From the IMG/VR virus record IMGVR_UViG_3300013901_000015, positions 11,879 through 75,878 of that record: a DNA stretch of 64,000 nt. The stretch is one strand, 5' to 3'. Under the pieces are notes generated by a model. That model searched no databases. It saw only the letters and a list, made by a program, of their open reading frames with translations, and was not told the origin of the DNA. The stretch comes from a virus. Taxonomy: Duplodnaviria; Caudoviricetes. Of this stretch, positions 41,901-48,346 are shown piece after piece. Position numbers and translations under genes: made by a program. Numbering within the stretch: the stretch's first letter is position 1; the number at the start of each line of letters is the position of its first letter.

Positions 41901-44900
41901 TCCTAACACCAAGGATGTGAAGTATCTGCTCTGGTTGAGCAAGAACTTGCAGAAGAATCCTAACGATCCTTACTGGAAGATGAGAGCCGAGGCGGTGAAA
42001 TACCGTCTCGACCATGAGGATGTGCCTGACGTTATCGCCAAGGATGGTATGTTTCAGAGTAATGATGGCAAGGCTCGGGACTTGGGCGACTTGCCTAAGG
42101 CTGAGTACCAAGAGGCAACTGACGGAAAGATTCATTTCCGCACTACCCCATCGGCTGGCACGGCTCTTGATAGATACCATCGTTCGCTTGATGAGCACGG
42201 CTATATGTTCACTGAGAGTTATATGGACAATATGCTTTCGCTTAAGAACTTGATGACGGCGATTGCGCCTGGCAAGAAGATTGAGGATATTGCCTCTTCG
42301 GAGAATCCTTATATCTTGCAGAACACGATGCAGGGAGCGATGAGCGATGCGGCAAGAATGTTTGAGCGCAACGTGATGAAGCCTCTCGACAAGGCGATGG
42401 CAGGGGTGCTTGATGCCTTCGAGGGCAAGAATGACGATGAGAAGATTCGTAACTTCAACCTCTACATGATTACCAAGCATGGTTTGGAGCGCAACCGTAT
42501 CTTGTATGTGCGTGATGCCTTGAAGGACATGCGCATGGACGAGAAAAAGAAGAAGCTTGCCGATACCATTGAGAATGATTGGGGCAACGAGAAGGCGACA
42601 CTTGACGAGAAGTTGGAGCGTGGCGACATCGACTTGAAGGAGTATTACAAGCAGATGGATGACTTCATCCGTACTTACGTGGATGAAACGAATAAGTTTG
42701 ATGCCGGCGAACACGACTATTCGGGCATTCACGCCATTCAGAAGGTGGAGAAAAGTTCCGACCCTTACGATGATGCGGAGGCTATACAGAGCGTGATGGA
42801 CTCTGAGGGCAGAATGGAGGACATCAAGAAGGGCGCAGTGAAGGACTATTGGGATAAGGTGAAGACTGCAACCCAGTATTCCATCGACTGTGACTATAGG
42901 AACGGACTGATAAGCAGGGAGCTGTATGGTCATGTTTCGGAGATGTTCAACTGGTATGTGCCTCTGAGAAAGTATGACGAGGCTACGGCGGAAGATACAT
43001 ACGGATATATCACCGAGAAGGGCGACCCTAAATCTTACATCGGCAAGACGATCATGAGGGCAAGGGGTCACAAGTATCTGAGTGAAACGAACATCTTGGC
43101 TCAGATTGGAGCGATGGGCAACCGTGCCATCAAGAACGGCGGACAGAATGCCATCAAACAGGCGTTCGCTAGATTCATCAGAAACAACTCGAACAATAAT
43201 CTTGTGACGGAAACTAGCGTTTGGTATGTAAGCGACCCTATCACTCAGACCACCGTGGAGCGTTACCCAGATATTCCTGACGATGCGACTGCTGACGAAA
43301 TCAGCCAGATTGTTAGCGACTTCAATATGGAAATGAAGGACTTGGCATCGAAGGGATTGGCTACGAAGGTGTATCGCAGAGGAAGAATCGGGTATAAGTT
43401 CCAGAGAGCGGAGAACAAATCTCAGCATATCGTTGATGTGATGATTGCAGGAAAGAAGCACTCCTTCATCGTGAACGGAAACCCTAGGGCTGCACAGGCT
43501 CTGAATGGATTGCTGGAGCATAAGAATGAGACTGGCATCGGTAAGATTGCTGGCAAGATTTCTAGATTTATGGCTCAGACCTGTACGTCTTACAACCCAG
43601 AGTTTGTGATGAGAAACATGATTCGTGACTTCGAGTTTGCTTCTTCTAACCTCTTGGCTAAGGAAGGTGCAAGATATACTGGTATCTTTGAGAAGTACTA
43701 TGCGAAGGTTGGTATCATAGAGGGTATCAGAAATTCTAAGCTGAGCGACTTCAAAGACACAGGCGGTTTCGGCTTGTTTGTCAAGTATCGTAACGGAACG
43801 CTTGACACTTCCGACAAGATTCAGAGATATTTCAAGGAGTTCATGGAGAACGGCGGCGAAACAGGTTGGGTACAGATTAAGAGCATGAAGGAATGGACGG
43901 AAGAGTATAAGCGTGACATCAAGGCAGAGCGCAACAAAGCTGTCAAGGTAGGAAAAGGATTCTACAATGCCATCTTTAAGAACTTGGAAAATGTGAACGA
44001 GATTGCCGAGAACATGGCTCGTTTCGCTACCTATTGTGCCAGCAGAGACAGCAATCGTTCGGTAGTACGTAGTGCTTACGATGCGAAAGAGGTGTCAACC
44101 AACTTCAACCGACATGGTTCTGGTAGTGAAATCAAGAGCTTCAAGAATGGTGAGATGGGATGGTTCGAAGAAAAACGCAAGCAAACCTATCGCTACACCT
44201 CTGCTTGGTTCAGAAATACCTCTATGTTCTTCAACGCAGGTATTCAGAGTACCAACTTGCTTGTAAAGAACTTGAAGAACAATACAGCTGGCACCTTGGG
44301 ATATATTGCAAGCGGTCCTATGATTAGCGGTATGGCTATCGCTCTGCTCAACAACTTCCTTATCGCCAACGAGGACGAGAAAGACCGCAAGGGAGTGAAA
44401 GACCCATACGGCGAGTTGCCAGATTACATCAGAAGAAACAACTTATGTGTATATGTGGGCGGCGGCGAGTTTGTTACCATTCCGCTTGCCATCGAGGAAA
44501 GAGCCTTCTATGGACTTGGCGACTTGGTGGCAGGACTTACATTCTCGCCTAACATTAGCGGACAGAAGAACCCTTTCTTGGATGCAGTGGGCTGCATGTC
44601 GCAATTAGTTCCTGTGGCTGATTACCTTGGCAATGCTTCATTTGGTAAGCATCCTGTTCAAGAGACGGTGAAGGCTGTGATGCCTTCGGCTACCTCGCCA
44701 TTTATCGAATGGGCTTACAACAGCGACTGGAAAGGTGCTCCTATCGAACGAGACAACAAGTTTGACGAGAATCAGCCAGCTTGGATGCTCGCTTACAAGG
44801 GTACTCCTGACGTGTTGTTGGACTTAAACAAGAAGGTTAATGCGTGGACTAACGGTGTAGCCCCAGGTAATGAGGATATGCTTGGAAACAGCTTCTTGGA

Positions 44901-45378
44901 TGCGGTTACTAATCCTTCGGGATTGCAGCACTTCTATAGTAGTTATCTCGGTGGTGCGGCTACCTTTGCGGAGCGCACGCTTGGGCTTATCAAGCATGGC
45001 AAAGATACCGAGACCAAGGATGTTCCTTTCGTCCGTTCTCTCTTCTATACGCCGAGCGAGCAGACTAGCTTGCAGAGGACGAAGAGCAAGTGGTATAACT
45101 ACAAGGACGAAATGGAGGTTACCATGGCGAACGTGGATAGACTGAAAGCGAAGAACGTTCCGATTGACAAGAGACTATCGAACATCGGGGAGTATTACCA
45201 CTTCCAGAACTCGAAGGATGCTGTGAAGGTAAGAGTGATTGAGCTTGCCGAAAAACAGATGGAGCAATGGAAGAAGCTGAGAGACAAATCCTCTGATACC
45301 GAGAGCATCAAGTTTGCTAATGAGAATATTGACAGGATCATGATGGATGCGGTGGAACAGCTGGATAAGCTGAACTAA
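26998..45378 (+). CDS. giant polyvalent virion-ejected protein (DarB/DdrB-like)
   Basis: 6126 aa: DdrB-like ParB (YDGNGRT, 31294), zincin HEYTH (33064), HELIH (33844), HEMIH (40933) and HEVVGH (41623), N6-MTase LEPSAGNG (near 35510) and NPPF (35689), SF2/Strawberry-notch GDQTGIGKGR (36811), DESH (37312) and QMRGRIDRTGQ (38485), LPD38-like C terminus. Confidence 0.88.
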   Translation: MGYDRIDSMYDALSKDGAQIGTRQQFKKLMLAPGKQGYKNRLGFYNAMKQDGAQIGNSYEDFARAMGLHAVKPQQARAQKPVSQPSKPMTTAERARQIGQEYMQGKAGKSKQASAGNTSSTDYMKNWQLMHKRNDQMTPVEQMQANTMRSRMQQAQKQASQQEQRRANPISQSRITPTAQNFNETMQQLSSSQAKRARAVQQREDDARNLAQYEVEGNQFAHNDGKFGTIAPEIDSLVAPSMKEADDLSWTQYQQDLKNAGNDAYLRNKAWKDLQDNRIKNRQNVLANNLSAKLQEIYSQKGLQEHIVQSADKLNMGVEEYVDKYVTPQMMQRAQNILGVKNIEEILPQSATEYVVRRLSDSILGTLSAGQDKSREQIAREQEAMAISDGLEEMPTVKGYKANEGYKSGAGARFASTAANMAMDSPILGMTGGAANMSVDLGKQVLMGGLAKAGLVKMGAKLTAQQLAFKAANMTMAQKIASGLVEGSAKGALNLGGYSSITSALGQASTGNDTSLSALGKAALEGFEHGATTGAMFGVSGAIMAPWVSKFGINGLETSTGEKWLHGAQKLGATGVGLGVEAGTMMVADNITGDKDISVGTWLEDLVMVGAFKAGEPKNYAHIGSALYGLVHNTNNTFRVGKDQNGKWRTVDIHMTKDEQNELMNSVSGKNLVETFQKVDKSSLNSKTPLDKSITKQAYQDFMNDPNVSQSTKEKVNAAMGLFNTTSAKSYRSVNDVQNKQILEYSKNGTLLTRTSYKNADERRAILYKQKLYRDNEEMRSLAGYSKLKDLQPTDENGEVTRLAFAFLTDKGYNPNETVTEANNARLIAGLRDKNSDLYKEWEKYVDRFGSLGMLISDTRTWKNGLLEVFIGDREISLDTIMRKDPMKRTDEENKIFYQVKDALESELFPNGKPHADQSETQGQSVAEDNNLGTDQPNGEAVKQELNGLRQAETEMDVLMRDNDVFSQNFKKLQSQGLTNPQIYDWMVQNGLTQEQLEPFAHYINANARVQGMQEATKQKIEEVVSGVVQDWSYHGELNGQKMNGEQVVYVQDSEGRTLIVGSGDVAFDSTTGRAKEDVGDLLICFDPNTKEMVYLKKDDVTFMQTQNPDDFGNEYRQRLQMINSQPYNEAAQEQAMQDAGKSENQNQSESIGINQNQNSESNGSEKAPQVDTTSPEASTITAKNNTTKEGLAPQEQPQQTRKFADGTDVPMTKDSKGRPTPDYGAMKPEQAAEILSQDFGENAEKVVDGQIKKAEKALKDAEKMKVDYTAEPNDILEQEQVKAQTVEAAKKQLEQAQNIKKAMTAKAVAETVGKPTDEKVEGANEASSEVAKKFQNAPRLQGNHVSKRLPNGDKISGHYEIVPAESLTPSHDVMNDYKKSEGFPVDAEGRTINDRDYEHDKAAQQTTDQMAQKYSGQAISQVPTVSDEGIVYDGNGRTMAGQKAAKNGTDAEYIEDLMDNAQNYGFTKEQIEQSGIEHPRLVMVTDERLPYDTATFSMFNRNEKKTQSNTEQAVAKAKTLTSDEVGAIVADIEGNGSLDAFFNNSKAINDLVKTLVSKGVIGQNEVAGFMDGPDRLSAQGKEYVKNLLLGSVFKPETIRMLGVDSKIKNAAINGIRAIMDNLKLGDYSLRDEIDQAIQLLYEAGRNKMSVDDLLKQSSAFEENARDRFPMIAQAMAQALEDKPTTFRELMSEYNNIAKNYNTNEGTLGFYDKLTPEQVVEEFLNASKAIKNNNIKLYGKESETERSNDAAGNEEPSNEAGGAAGTEGNGNAETEPEIKVKKALKRIATEITKQTGIEVVTDEQKAKKALDETENIKVQRASAGSTVSGMEKMPKGLQMNPSVLTDQILNYHGDHIAKLLGEVPEDSTVKYFSAHNGVWYFYRVDHDRNIILDGAISANKDNYREYEQKIKEYYGIDGGAEAIYNYVQEAGFDTGANRNLHDYFLEGGNTRHSAMGERPNESQGEARVEDNRTSGRTLRQGSSEEQSGAIKEFRSANGEVYGFTVDGKIYLDTKKMKPETPLHEYTHLWTEALRNGNPTEWENVKSLFDEVEGLKEEVQKLYPELKGDNLYEEMITTFSGREGAKKLEKVVRGLAKEDGKTVEERAKATGFITKVKEALQKYWKGVADMLHIHFTSAEEVADKVLADWASGFNPNKAFDVNDRDGDYTKNNVEYIVKNTKLPFGKKYGEELSQEEVKSLFYGDNDYSKKYGKLFDRVYDVARKLGIKISFKIPPETYSAYGLADLDNVYLNPILLARGEHKVFPNKKYSLYVKEDTLPHAMLHELIHSVTAYALERYERDKDSMPKELRAAAESLIDLYEATRKATLDYVNEYGRENEQEFIAELSNPNFCKLLKKTNVWTRVKDAIKQFFFPLISSEKNVLDKSWKETNSYKELSSLLDDFLEHSDKGLFEEEIGVQNGEIKGKEEAKEEPVPIMPKPVDPSNPIEKAAEDYKKEHPLSEDEILNTTAFDGLPEDQKQYCIDAALDYLNGEDTSAISEAYYRNAYEKRSSRPAETAKVAKADSETVKAGQAEVSADPMEGIKNAAEGFEQEKAERERKQKEATQKVLNVIKASNEKAKTRKQLEAEKNAADNEFEAFMKELRKKQSGQLNSGFIDQNLIEAAPKMFSLAAKCAYTRIKLGMYDAKEVVKDLRNRFKDAFDGFDKRDVETFYSEIMNQKWRDGDKRMSLNEWAEHYRKLSPEYKEKLEGDSKDAEERKMSEKKFIDRVNIRLGFGQKINGIVELRKMAEECGLKDVKDTDLQELAETAIVQRARGIASSASTNDAKKFELIKKLYENQPSLNQRDSERVMKQQYSTPAPYAFLADMYVKGGGKEVKSALEPSAGNGMLTIGLPMDVVHVNDIDAQRLANLRRQGFKNVTSQDGTQPFADKDVDVVVTNPPFGSATPKEYDGYKISSLEGQMAINALESMKDDGRAAIIIGGKTEYAKNGSLNPKDKAFLGYLYSHYNVEDVINVDGSLYAKQGTTYPTRIILINGRRKFDPENKVYPPVEKNARAESVKDYDELYKRINDDILRSKDKSVDIHGEEKRKGDNAGGRTNVSDSTKENGGRVGRMGDEGVSDRTPANPKQTELDTSTRPVEQREDANGGTTESASDGNSNPDTRGGQTSVPQSERTDGSSGRGDNSISGGSNTSATDNGTDGRERGVRLQSSDVQSVSNTPTQPKEEKKQTLTTEKVAYTPSSHSMSLGAVVPARQKEALETVLNKLGDADQYLVDNLGYNDKEDLYAHLAAEQVDAVALGLKQMEKGNGFIIGDQTGIGKGRQAAAIIRYAVKQGRIPVSFTIKPNLFSDTYRDLTDIGSPELRPFILASSKDGNIKENYDEEVKGLDGRVTKVRKQRIIYNVPSTTETQRVLKYIAENGKLPEGYDYILTTYSQIRTGLQEYKGGKWKDKKKINAADRNGQLKRDAIEKLAENSIFILDESHDAAGEGSGSAFIQKVLPKAKGVTFLSATYAKTPDAMKLYALKTDLGSKSKDEKDEKDDASWKILNAIKKGGTVFQEIMSQALTRSGQMIRRERDMTGVTIDWNPLTEDETEIQAQRDKFDNIFGIFNDILNFQRTYVDAKLGEMSDDAALIQGSVDHTPGTKDMGIGNVTFASKAYNVVQQALFSIKAEKVADYAIEAIKNGEKPVIAVNNTMEGMTDEYPMGEVMDMPDLNTTLMKGLEGILRYTEKNEYGDRDNKVLRLEELGEEAVARYNEIKEKIASATSGLSISPIDVIKHRLEQAGYRVGELTGRNTEFVYNEDGKVVRQKRTDTNKNALADRFNNGDLDVLILNRSASTGISLHASTKFKDQRQRTMIFAQMQGNINEEVQMRGRIDRTGQVRRGKYVYLVSSIPAEQRLMMMFKNKLKSLDANTTSSQKSKFNEVDVQDFTNKYGDEIVLQYMAQHPEYYNKLADPLGWGFMEYAQDGLSLTELKEKTKSTITSPAYEVMKRLTLLPVKEQEVVLKDISDTYAQKIKQLDDMGMNDLEITDMPLETKTLKREVWKEGSDPGGDNAFADNTYIETVEMNVLKKPMKADEVQSAQKKMLDGKDWETWRSDKIAEIKKAQQAKIEETKAKMAEQMEKKAAKTEENTRKALEKQNEKLQKRIDKGEELKPGEHVLTEDEIDNRISAVVDDVKRKMLDKQSEAIAGVNTKYEMFIGPLYVFDPDKTVSVPTDWYLEDASPSTYPEFGRVIGFKYDKNYNLGSSSIVIATTDSRKRVEIPLTRPKALSRIETDTERFAKECNVITMNSWDRLIPKKDRTTGRIITGNMLEALADNKNIGHLVSYTTDDGKVKQGILVPDSVSTEEITGNMPIAKAYNWFTKKEGGTELKSTDGNLRLAKNFGSMYTLYVPASRKEGGKYYLNKELLDLVHGHNFQSKGKNFWATFDAEKLHDVLHILNGMEVQVKTPKDFEESRTHFREDRGIQYSKTDAKDVKNSRIIPEDVDKSVSSQIEKTYDSAIEEAYKYVSEKDKTRLHSDVERDLREFSKMRREDIVNDIKQREYDFREWERSGATPDKGGFVGYRYARFKAAEAAAKRELDYRDARAKHLSDTYGLQEGRENNLDEVARIYRELQEEKDKGRDALFSKALDIVKRLGTEFGGINDAPAENYAGVSTTQREVALFIDTLARTSTRREATAKTLLHEMIHQATVGAINLVRRGNAEGLLTPKQIDAVNTILDIYDKAVADGRIHYQEGVKSDYGGKNPYEFAAQMADTVQRKKLDFTFGQKVMNAFKELWNKGDRSWKDAFKDAWGKLLETSDKKKMDKAISDIMEDFNETIDDISMRDIESRGGTFADKLSNDSPVSSHIAQLSEKVGDKVNMVHSADEVTNKQAKEAIEEGKHITGWYDEKTGEVHLYMPNIHDRYTAEKTIWHEVVGHKGMRELFGEDRFNRFLRDVWYDLDKPENADLKKLVMEEMKYNPFNVYNAIEEGIARLAEEGRGEAGFWRNLKNKVSDFLHEIGYRMAPNTKDVKYLLWLSKNLQKNPNDPYWKMRAEAVKYRLDHEDVPDVIAKDGMFQSNDGKARDLGDLPKAEYQEATDGKIHFRTTPSAGTALDRYHRSLDEHGYMFTESYMDNMLSLKNLMTAIAPGKKIEDIASSENPYILQNTMQGAMSDAARMFERNVMKPLDKAMAGVLDAFEGKNDDEKIRNFNLYMITKHGLERNRILYVRDALKDMRMDEKKKKLADTIENDWGNEKATLDEKLERGDIDLKEYYKQMDDFIRTYVDETNKFDAGEHDYSGIHAIQKVEKSSDPYDDAEAIQSVMDSEGRMEDIKKGAVKDYWDKVKTATQYSIDCDYRNGLISRELYGHVSEMFNWYVPLRKYDEATAEDTYGYITEKGDPKSYIGKTIMRARGHKYLSETNILAQIGAMGNRAIKNGGQNAIKQAFARFIRNNSNNNLVTETSVWYVSDPITQTTVERYPDIPDDATADEISQIVSDFNMEMKDLASKGLATKVYRRGRIGYKFQRAENKSQHIVDVMIAGKKHSFIVNGNPRAAQALNGLLEHKNETGIGKIAGKISRFMAQTCTSYNPEFVMRNMIRDFEFASSNLLAKEGARYTGIFEKYYAKVGIIEGIRNSKLSDFKDTGGFGLFVKYRNGTLDTSDKIQRYFKEFMENGGETGWVQIKSMKEWTEEYKRDIKAERNKAVKVGKGFYNAIFKNLENVNEIAENMARFATYCASRDSNRSVVRSAYDAKEVSTNFNRHGSGSEIKSFKNGEMGWFEEKRKQTYRYTSAWFRNTSMFFNAGIQSTNLLVKNLKNNTAGTLGYIASGPMISGMAIALLNNFLIANEDEKDRKGVKDPYGELPDYIRRNNLCVYVGGGEFVTIPLAIEERAFYGLGDLVAGLTFSPNISGQKNPFLDAVGCMSQLVPVADYLGNASFGKHPVQETVKAVMPSATSPFIEWAYNSDWKGAPIERDNKFDENQPAWMLAYKGTPDVLLDLNKKVNAWTNGVAPGNEDMLGNSFLDAVTNPSGLQHFYSSYLGGAATFAERTLGLIKHGKDTETKDVPFVRSLFYTPSEQTSLQRTKSKWYNYKDEMEVTMANVDRLKAKNVPIDKRLSNIGEYYHFQNSKDAVKVRVIELAEKQMEQWKKLRDKSSDTESIKFANENIDRIMMDAVEQLDKLN
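32210..32332 (+). CDS. candidate nested +1-frame small protein (40 aa)
   Basis: MEKNQKLKEAMMLLAMKNLQMKQEVQLAQKEMGMLKQNQK*; the host frame here is a disordered E/G/N/A linker. Confidence 0.45.
   Translation: MEKNQKLKEAMMLLAMKNLQMKQEVQLAQKEMGMLKQNQK
32738..33013 (+). CDS. candidate nested +1-frame protein (91 aa)
   Basis: Amphipathic helical sequence MELTAAQKLFIIMCKKQGLTQEQ...; A-rich initiation region; host frame is linker-like. Confidence 0.5.
   Translation: MELTAAQKLFIIMCKKQGLTQEQTAICMTIFSKEEIRDILQWVSDLMNRKGKPELKTTELLDELYDRALAKNKAERLRSSVLPTVRSMDSR
36086..36523 (+). CDS. candidate nested +1-frame acidic protein (145 aa)
   Basis: Native-like acidic helical sequence; A-rich initiation region (ATAAAAGAATAAACGATG); host frame is a G/S/R/D/T low-complexity linker between MTase and helicase. 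Confidence 0.55.
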   Translation: MTYYVAKTNPWIFTEKKSEKVTMQVVEQTFLILLKRMVDESDEWETKEFLTELLQILNRLNWTQAPDLWSNEKMPTEEQLRVLAMEIVTQTQEGDKLLYHNLNEPMEVADEETTLSLEEATLAQLITEQMDESVEYDYSPQMFNQ

Positions 45379-45381
45379 AAT

Positions 45382-45410
45382 AAAAGGAGTGGGCGCAAGG
45401 CTCACTCCTT
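45382..45410. terminator. bidirectional terminator
   Basis: AAAAGGAGTG-GGCGCAAGGCT-CACTCCTT between the giant gene and the convergent moron genes. Confidence 0.75.
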
Positions 45411-45414
45411 ATTT

Positions 45415-46068
45415 TTATCTATAATATATATAATCTTGGTTCTTCTTTTTATAGCAAAAATAGATATAATAAATAATTGTATATAATACTGCTTCTATCA
45501 TCGTCAAGAGAATAAACATCCAAGCCTCGTTATGATTGGAAGGGAAAAATATGTAGTTAAATTTTAATTGGACACTAATCCATAACACTAAAAACGTAAC
45601 TACGTAGAATCCAACAACAATAGATACGACAAAAGTCAAAAAATGCTCATCATATTTTCGGTAAATATAATCAAGCAAATTCAATTCTTTGGTATAATAC
45701 GTTCGTGCAACTATAAAAGGAGAGCAAACGACTGGGTAGAACAAAGAGATGGTTATCATCTCGCTTAAATAGTCCTCTCCAAAAAAATAATAATCCAAAA
45801 GAGCCATCATTGAGCAGCAAACAATATTCGATAATGCCCAATACAAATATCTATATTTTATTCGATGGTAACCATGTTTTTCGCTTCCTAGACCTTTAGA
45901 AAGCATAAAAGGAATTAGTATAGCTATGATAGGGAAAGCTTGTTGATAAATTAAATCTCTCCCATTTTTGAAAAACATATACAATTCTGGCACTAGCATT
46001 AAAGCCCATACCATATATCTTATATACCTATTTAATAAAAATCTCTTGATACCAGATTTCTGTTCCAT
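45415..46068 (-). CDS. polytopic membrane protein (moron)
   Basis: About six hydrophobic helices; AT-rich DNA. Confidence 0.7.
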   Translation of the reverse strand: MEQKSGIKRFLLNRYIRYMVWALMLVPELYMFFKNGRDLIYQQAFPIIAILIPFMLSKGLGSEKHGYHRIKYRYLYWALSNIVCCSMMALLDYYFFGEDYLSEMITISLFYPVVCSPFIVARTYYTKELNLLDYIYRKYDEHFLTFVVSIVVGFYVVTFLVLWISVQLKFNYIFFPSNHNEAWMFILLTMIEAVLYTIIYYIYFCYKKKNQDYIYYR

Positions 46069-46071
46069 ACA

Positions 46072-46317
46072 TTATTTATTATTATGCTGCATCCTATACT
46101 TTTTACTATAGCAAATGTGGCAAGGAGTTCGAAAGGAGCTGTCGGCTTCCTTTTTACTAATCTCTACAATAGCCCCTCCGCAATTTCTTAAACCTTTACA
46201 ATACTCTGTTTTATGGTATCTTCTTGAATAAGAACCAGTACATATATAAACAGTATCTGTACAAGATGCCAACAAACAGAGCATTATTGCAATCAATATT
46301 TTCTTCATACTAAGCAA
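46072..46317 (-). CDS. small lipoprotein with His/Cys metal-binding motif
   Basis: Lipobox LASC; VYICTG...YHKTEYCKGLRNC...PCHIC. Confidence 0.7.
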   Translation of the reverse strand: MLSMKKILIAIMLCLLASCTDTVYICTGSYSRRYHKTEYCKGLRNCGGAIVEISKKEADSSFRTPCHICYSKKYRMQHNNK

Positions 46318-46618
46318 AAATATGTTTGATTATATGAAATAAAATATCATATATCGCACAAGAACCTAATAGCGAAATTAATGTTTTATACTCGTTCTTC
46401 TCACTTATGCAGCGATTAATAAGTAAGGCTACTGGTATGATGATTATCATATCAAGCAAAACTATTCCTGCTTCTGAGATTAATTTTACAATAGGCGTTG
46501 GGTGGTACAAATCATCAGCCACACCTTCATCCCAACCAAATACAGCTTTATAATCGCTGACTAATCTTAAGATAAAGCATCCTAGAAAGACATAAATTGA
46601 TAATAGTAATTTCTTCAT
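46310..46618 (-). CDS. small membrane protein (moron)
   Basis: Three hydrophobic segments. Confidence 0.6.
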   Translation of the reverse strand: MKKLLLSIYVFLGCFILRLVSDYKAVFGWDEGVADDLYHPTPIVKLISEAGIVLLDMIIIIPVALLINRCISEKNEYKTLISLLGSCAIYDILFHIIKHIFA

Positions 46619-46629
46619 ATTTATAATTT

Positions 46630-47076
46630 TTATTTTAAATCACGACATGTTATTGTAATATTTCCAAAAGGCATGCTATTACAATCTACATAAGTATAAT
46701 TAAATTTAATTCCAAGTTTTGCTAAGTATGAGACATATTGAGAATATGTTACAGAATTGTCCCAAGTTCTTATTTCCCTCTTCCAACCAGTAATGACATT
46801 TTTCTTAATTTCAGACAATATATAATTTCTCTGAGAATCAGTAAAATCATTATATCTGTCCGCCATTTTGTAATGATAAGAGAGCGTCCACCCTGTAAAT
46901 GTTACATACATAAGAGTTGTAGTATCATCCACACGAATCGGTGTTTGTTGATTCATTTCCCTACACATACTCATAAAGTAATTTTTTAAAGTATTCTTTT
47001 CTTTTGGTGAAATATACTGCGCATAGTTATTTATTGCCACTATACAGAAAAGTAAAAGTGTTATAATTTTCTTCAT
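46630..47076 (-). CDS. exported protein (moron)
   Basis: Signal peptide MKKIITLLLFCIVAINNYA; a -7 box (TACTTTTG, minus strand) at 47108-47115 supports this start. Confidence 0.65.
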   Translation of the reverse strand: MKKIITLLLFCIVAINNYAQYISPKEKNTLKNYFMSMCREMNQQTPIRVDDTTTLMYVTFTGWTLSYHYKMADRYNDFTDSQRNYILSEIKKNVITGWKREIRTWDNSVTYSQYVSYLAKLGIKFNYTYVDCNSMPFGNITITCRDLK

Positions 47077-47334
47077 ATTGATAAATGTTATAAGCGTTAT
47101 TTTCTGGCAAAAGTAGTAAAAATATCGGTAAGTTGTATCGGTCATGCCGGGGTTTCTTTAAAATTTAGAATAATACTAAATAAGTGAGCAGTTTCTTGCT
47201 CATCGTAAATCATTGATTTTCAATAGATATTTGCTTACAAATTTATTTTTGAGCATAGTTAGGTCACGCCGAGGATTTGGAGTACCTTTGCAACAAGTTC
47301 AATAGTGGACGAAACGATTAATCTATCATTTTTT

Positions 47335-48327
47335 ATGGAAAGCAAAACTTATGTTTTCGGAAATGAAGGTACTAGCGGCAACAATGGTATGCTAGGACTT
47401 CTTGCGCCACTGCTCCAGAAGCAGGGCGTTGACCCAAACGTGCTTCTCGCCATGAACAGCAAAGGCAATGGTGGCTGGGGAGATTGCGGTGGTATGTTTA
47501 TCTGGGTTATCTTCCTGTTCTTCTTGATGGGATGGGGTAACAACGGTTGGGGTGGCAATGGCTTCGGCGGTGGTCGTGGTGCAGGTCTCGCCAACGAAAT
47601 CAACAATGACTATGGTCGCTCTCTCTTGATGGATGCCATTGGTGGAAATCGCAATGCCATCAGCAACTTGGCTACTCAGCTGAATTGCACCGAAGGACAG
47701 ATTCAGAACGCCATTAGCAACCTTACCTCTCAGGTTCAGAACGTGGGCAATCAGGTGGGTATGAGCGGTATGCAGACTATCAACGCTTTGCAGCAAGGCA
47801 ATATGCAGATTGCTTCTCAGCTCGCAGACTGCTGCTGCAAGGTGAACAACAACATCACGGCAATGGATGGTAACATCAAGTTGGCGATGTGTCAGCAGAC
47901 TGGCACCTTGAACAACGCCATCAACAACGTGGCTGTAGGTCAGGAGCGTGGTTTCTCTAGCGTGGCTTACGAGACTCAGAGACAGACTTGCGACATTCAG
48001 AACGCCATCAAGGACAGCACTCAGACCATCGTGGACGGTCAGAGACAGGCAGAACTCAGAGAGATGCAAGACAAGCTCGACCACTTGCGTGAGGAGAACA
48101 GCACATTCAAGTCTAGTGCGATGACCTCTCAGATTGTGGGTCAGGCTCTTGCTCCTGTTAACCAAGTGCTAGCAGGTTTGCAGAGCGAGGTGGCAGGTAT
48201 CAAGTGCAAGTTGCCAGAGACCGTAACAACTCCTTACAGCCCTTTCACGGCGGTGCCTAATTGTATCGCTGCACAGTATGGGCTTTACGGTTTGAACGGT
48301 TTGAACAACGCTGGTTTCTGGGGTTAA
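47335..48327 (+). CDS. membrane-anchored Gly/Asn/Gln-rich coiled-coil protein with CCC motif
   Basis: Start MESKTY after a TACCTTTG -7 box (47283-47290); TM helix GMFIWVIFLFFLMGW, GWG/GNG repeats, QLADCCC. Confidence 0.75.
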   Translation: MESKTYVFGNEGTSGNNGMLGLLAPLLQKQGVDPNVLLAMNSKGNGGWGDCGGMFIWVIFLFFLMGWGNNGWGGNGFGGGRGAGLANEINNDYGRSLLMDAIGGNRNAISNLATQLNCTEGQIQNAISNLTSQVQNVGNQVGMSGMQTINALQQGNMQIASQLADCCCKVNNNITAMDGNIKLAMCQQTGTLNNAINNVAVGQERGFSSVAYETQRQTCDIQNAIKDSTQTIVDGQRQAELREMQDKLDHLREENSTFKSSAMTSQIVGQALAPVNQVLAGLQSEVAGIKCKLPETVTTPYSPFTAVPNCIAAQYGLYGLNGLNNAGFWG

Positions 48328-48346
48328 ACTAAGAAAGGAGGCTACT

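Noticed and set aside
41851-43521. 556-aa antisense ORF, and similar ones at 27718-28863 and 34801-35892
   Set aside because: They lie opposite the giant gene and have the L/V/H/R-rich composition of antisense shadows of codon-biased DNA, with no motifs
28436-45145. Other +1-frame ORFs inside the giant gene (28436, 31178, 33479, 34466, 39137, 40262, 42014, 44072, 44870)
   Set aside because: R/L/W/S-rich shadow composition over well-structured main-frame domains; they serve as background against which the nested candidates must be tested
26998-45378. crAss- or N4-like virion RNA polymerase in the giant gene
   Set aside because: No DxDxD-type or T7-like polymerase motif was recognised; the motifs found are MTase, helicase, ParB and zincin
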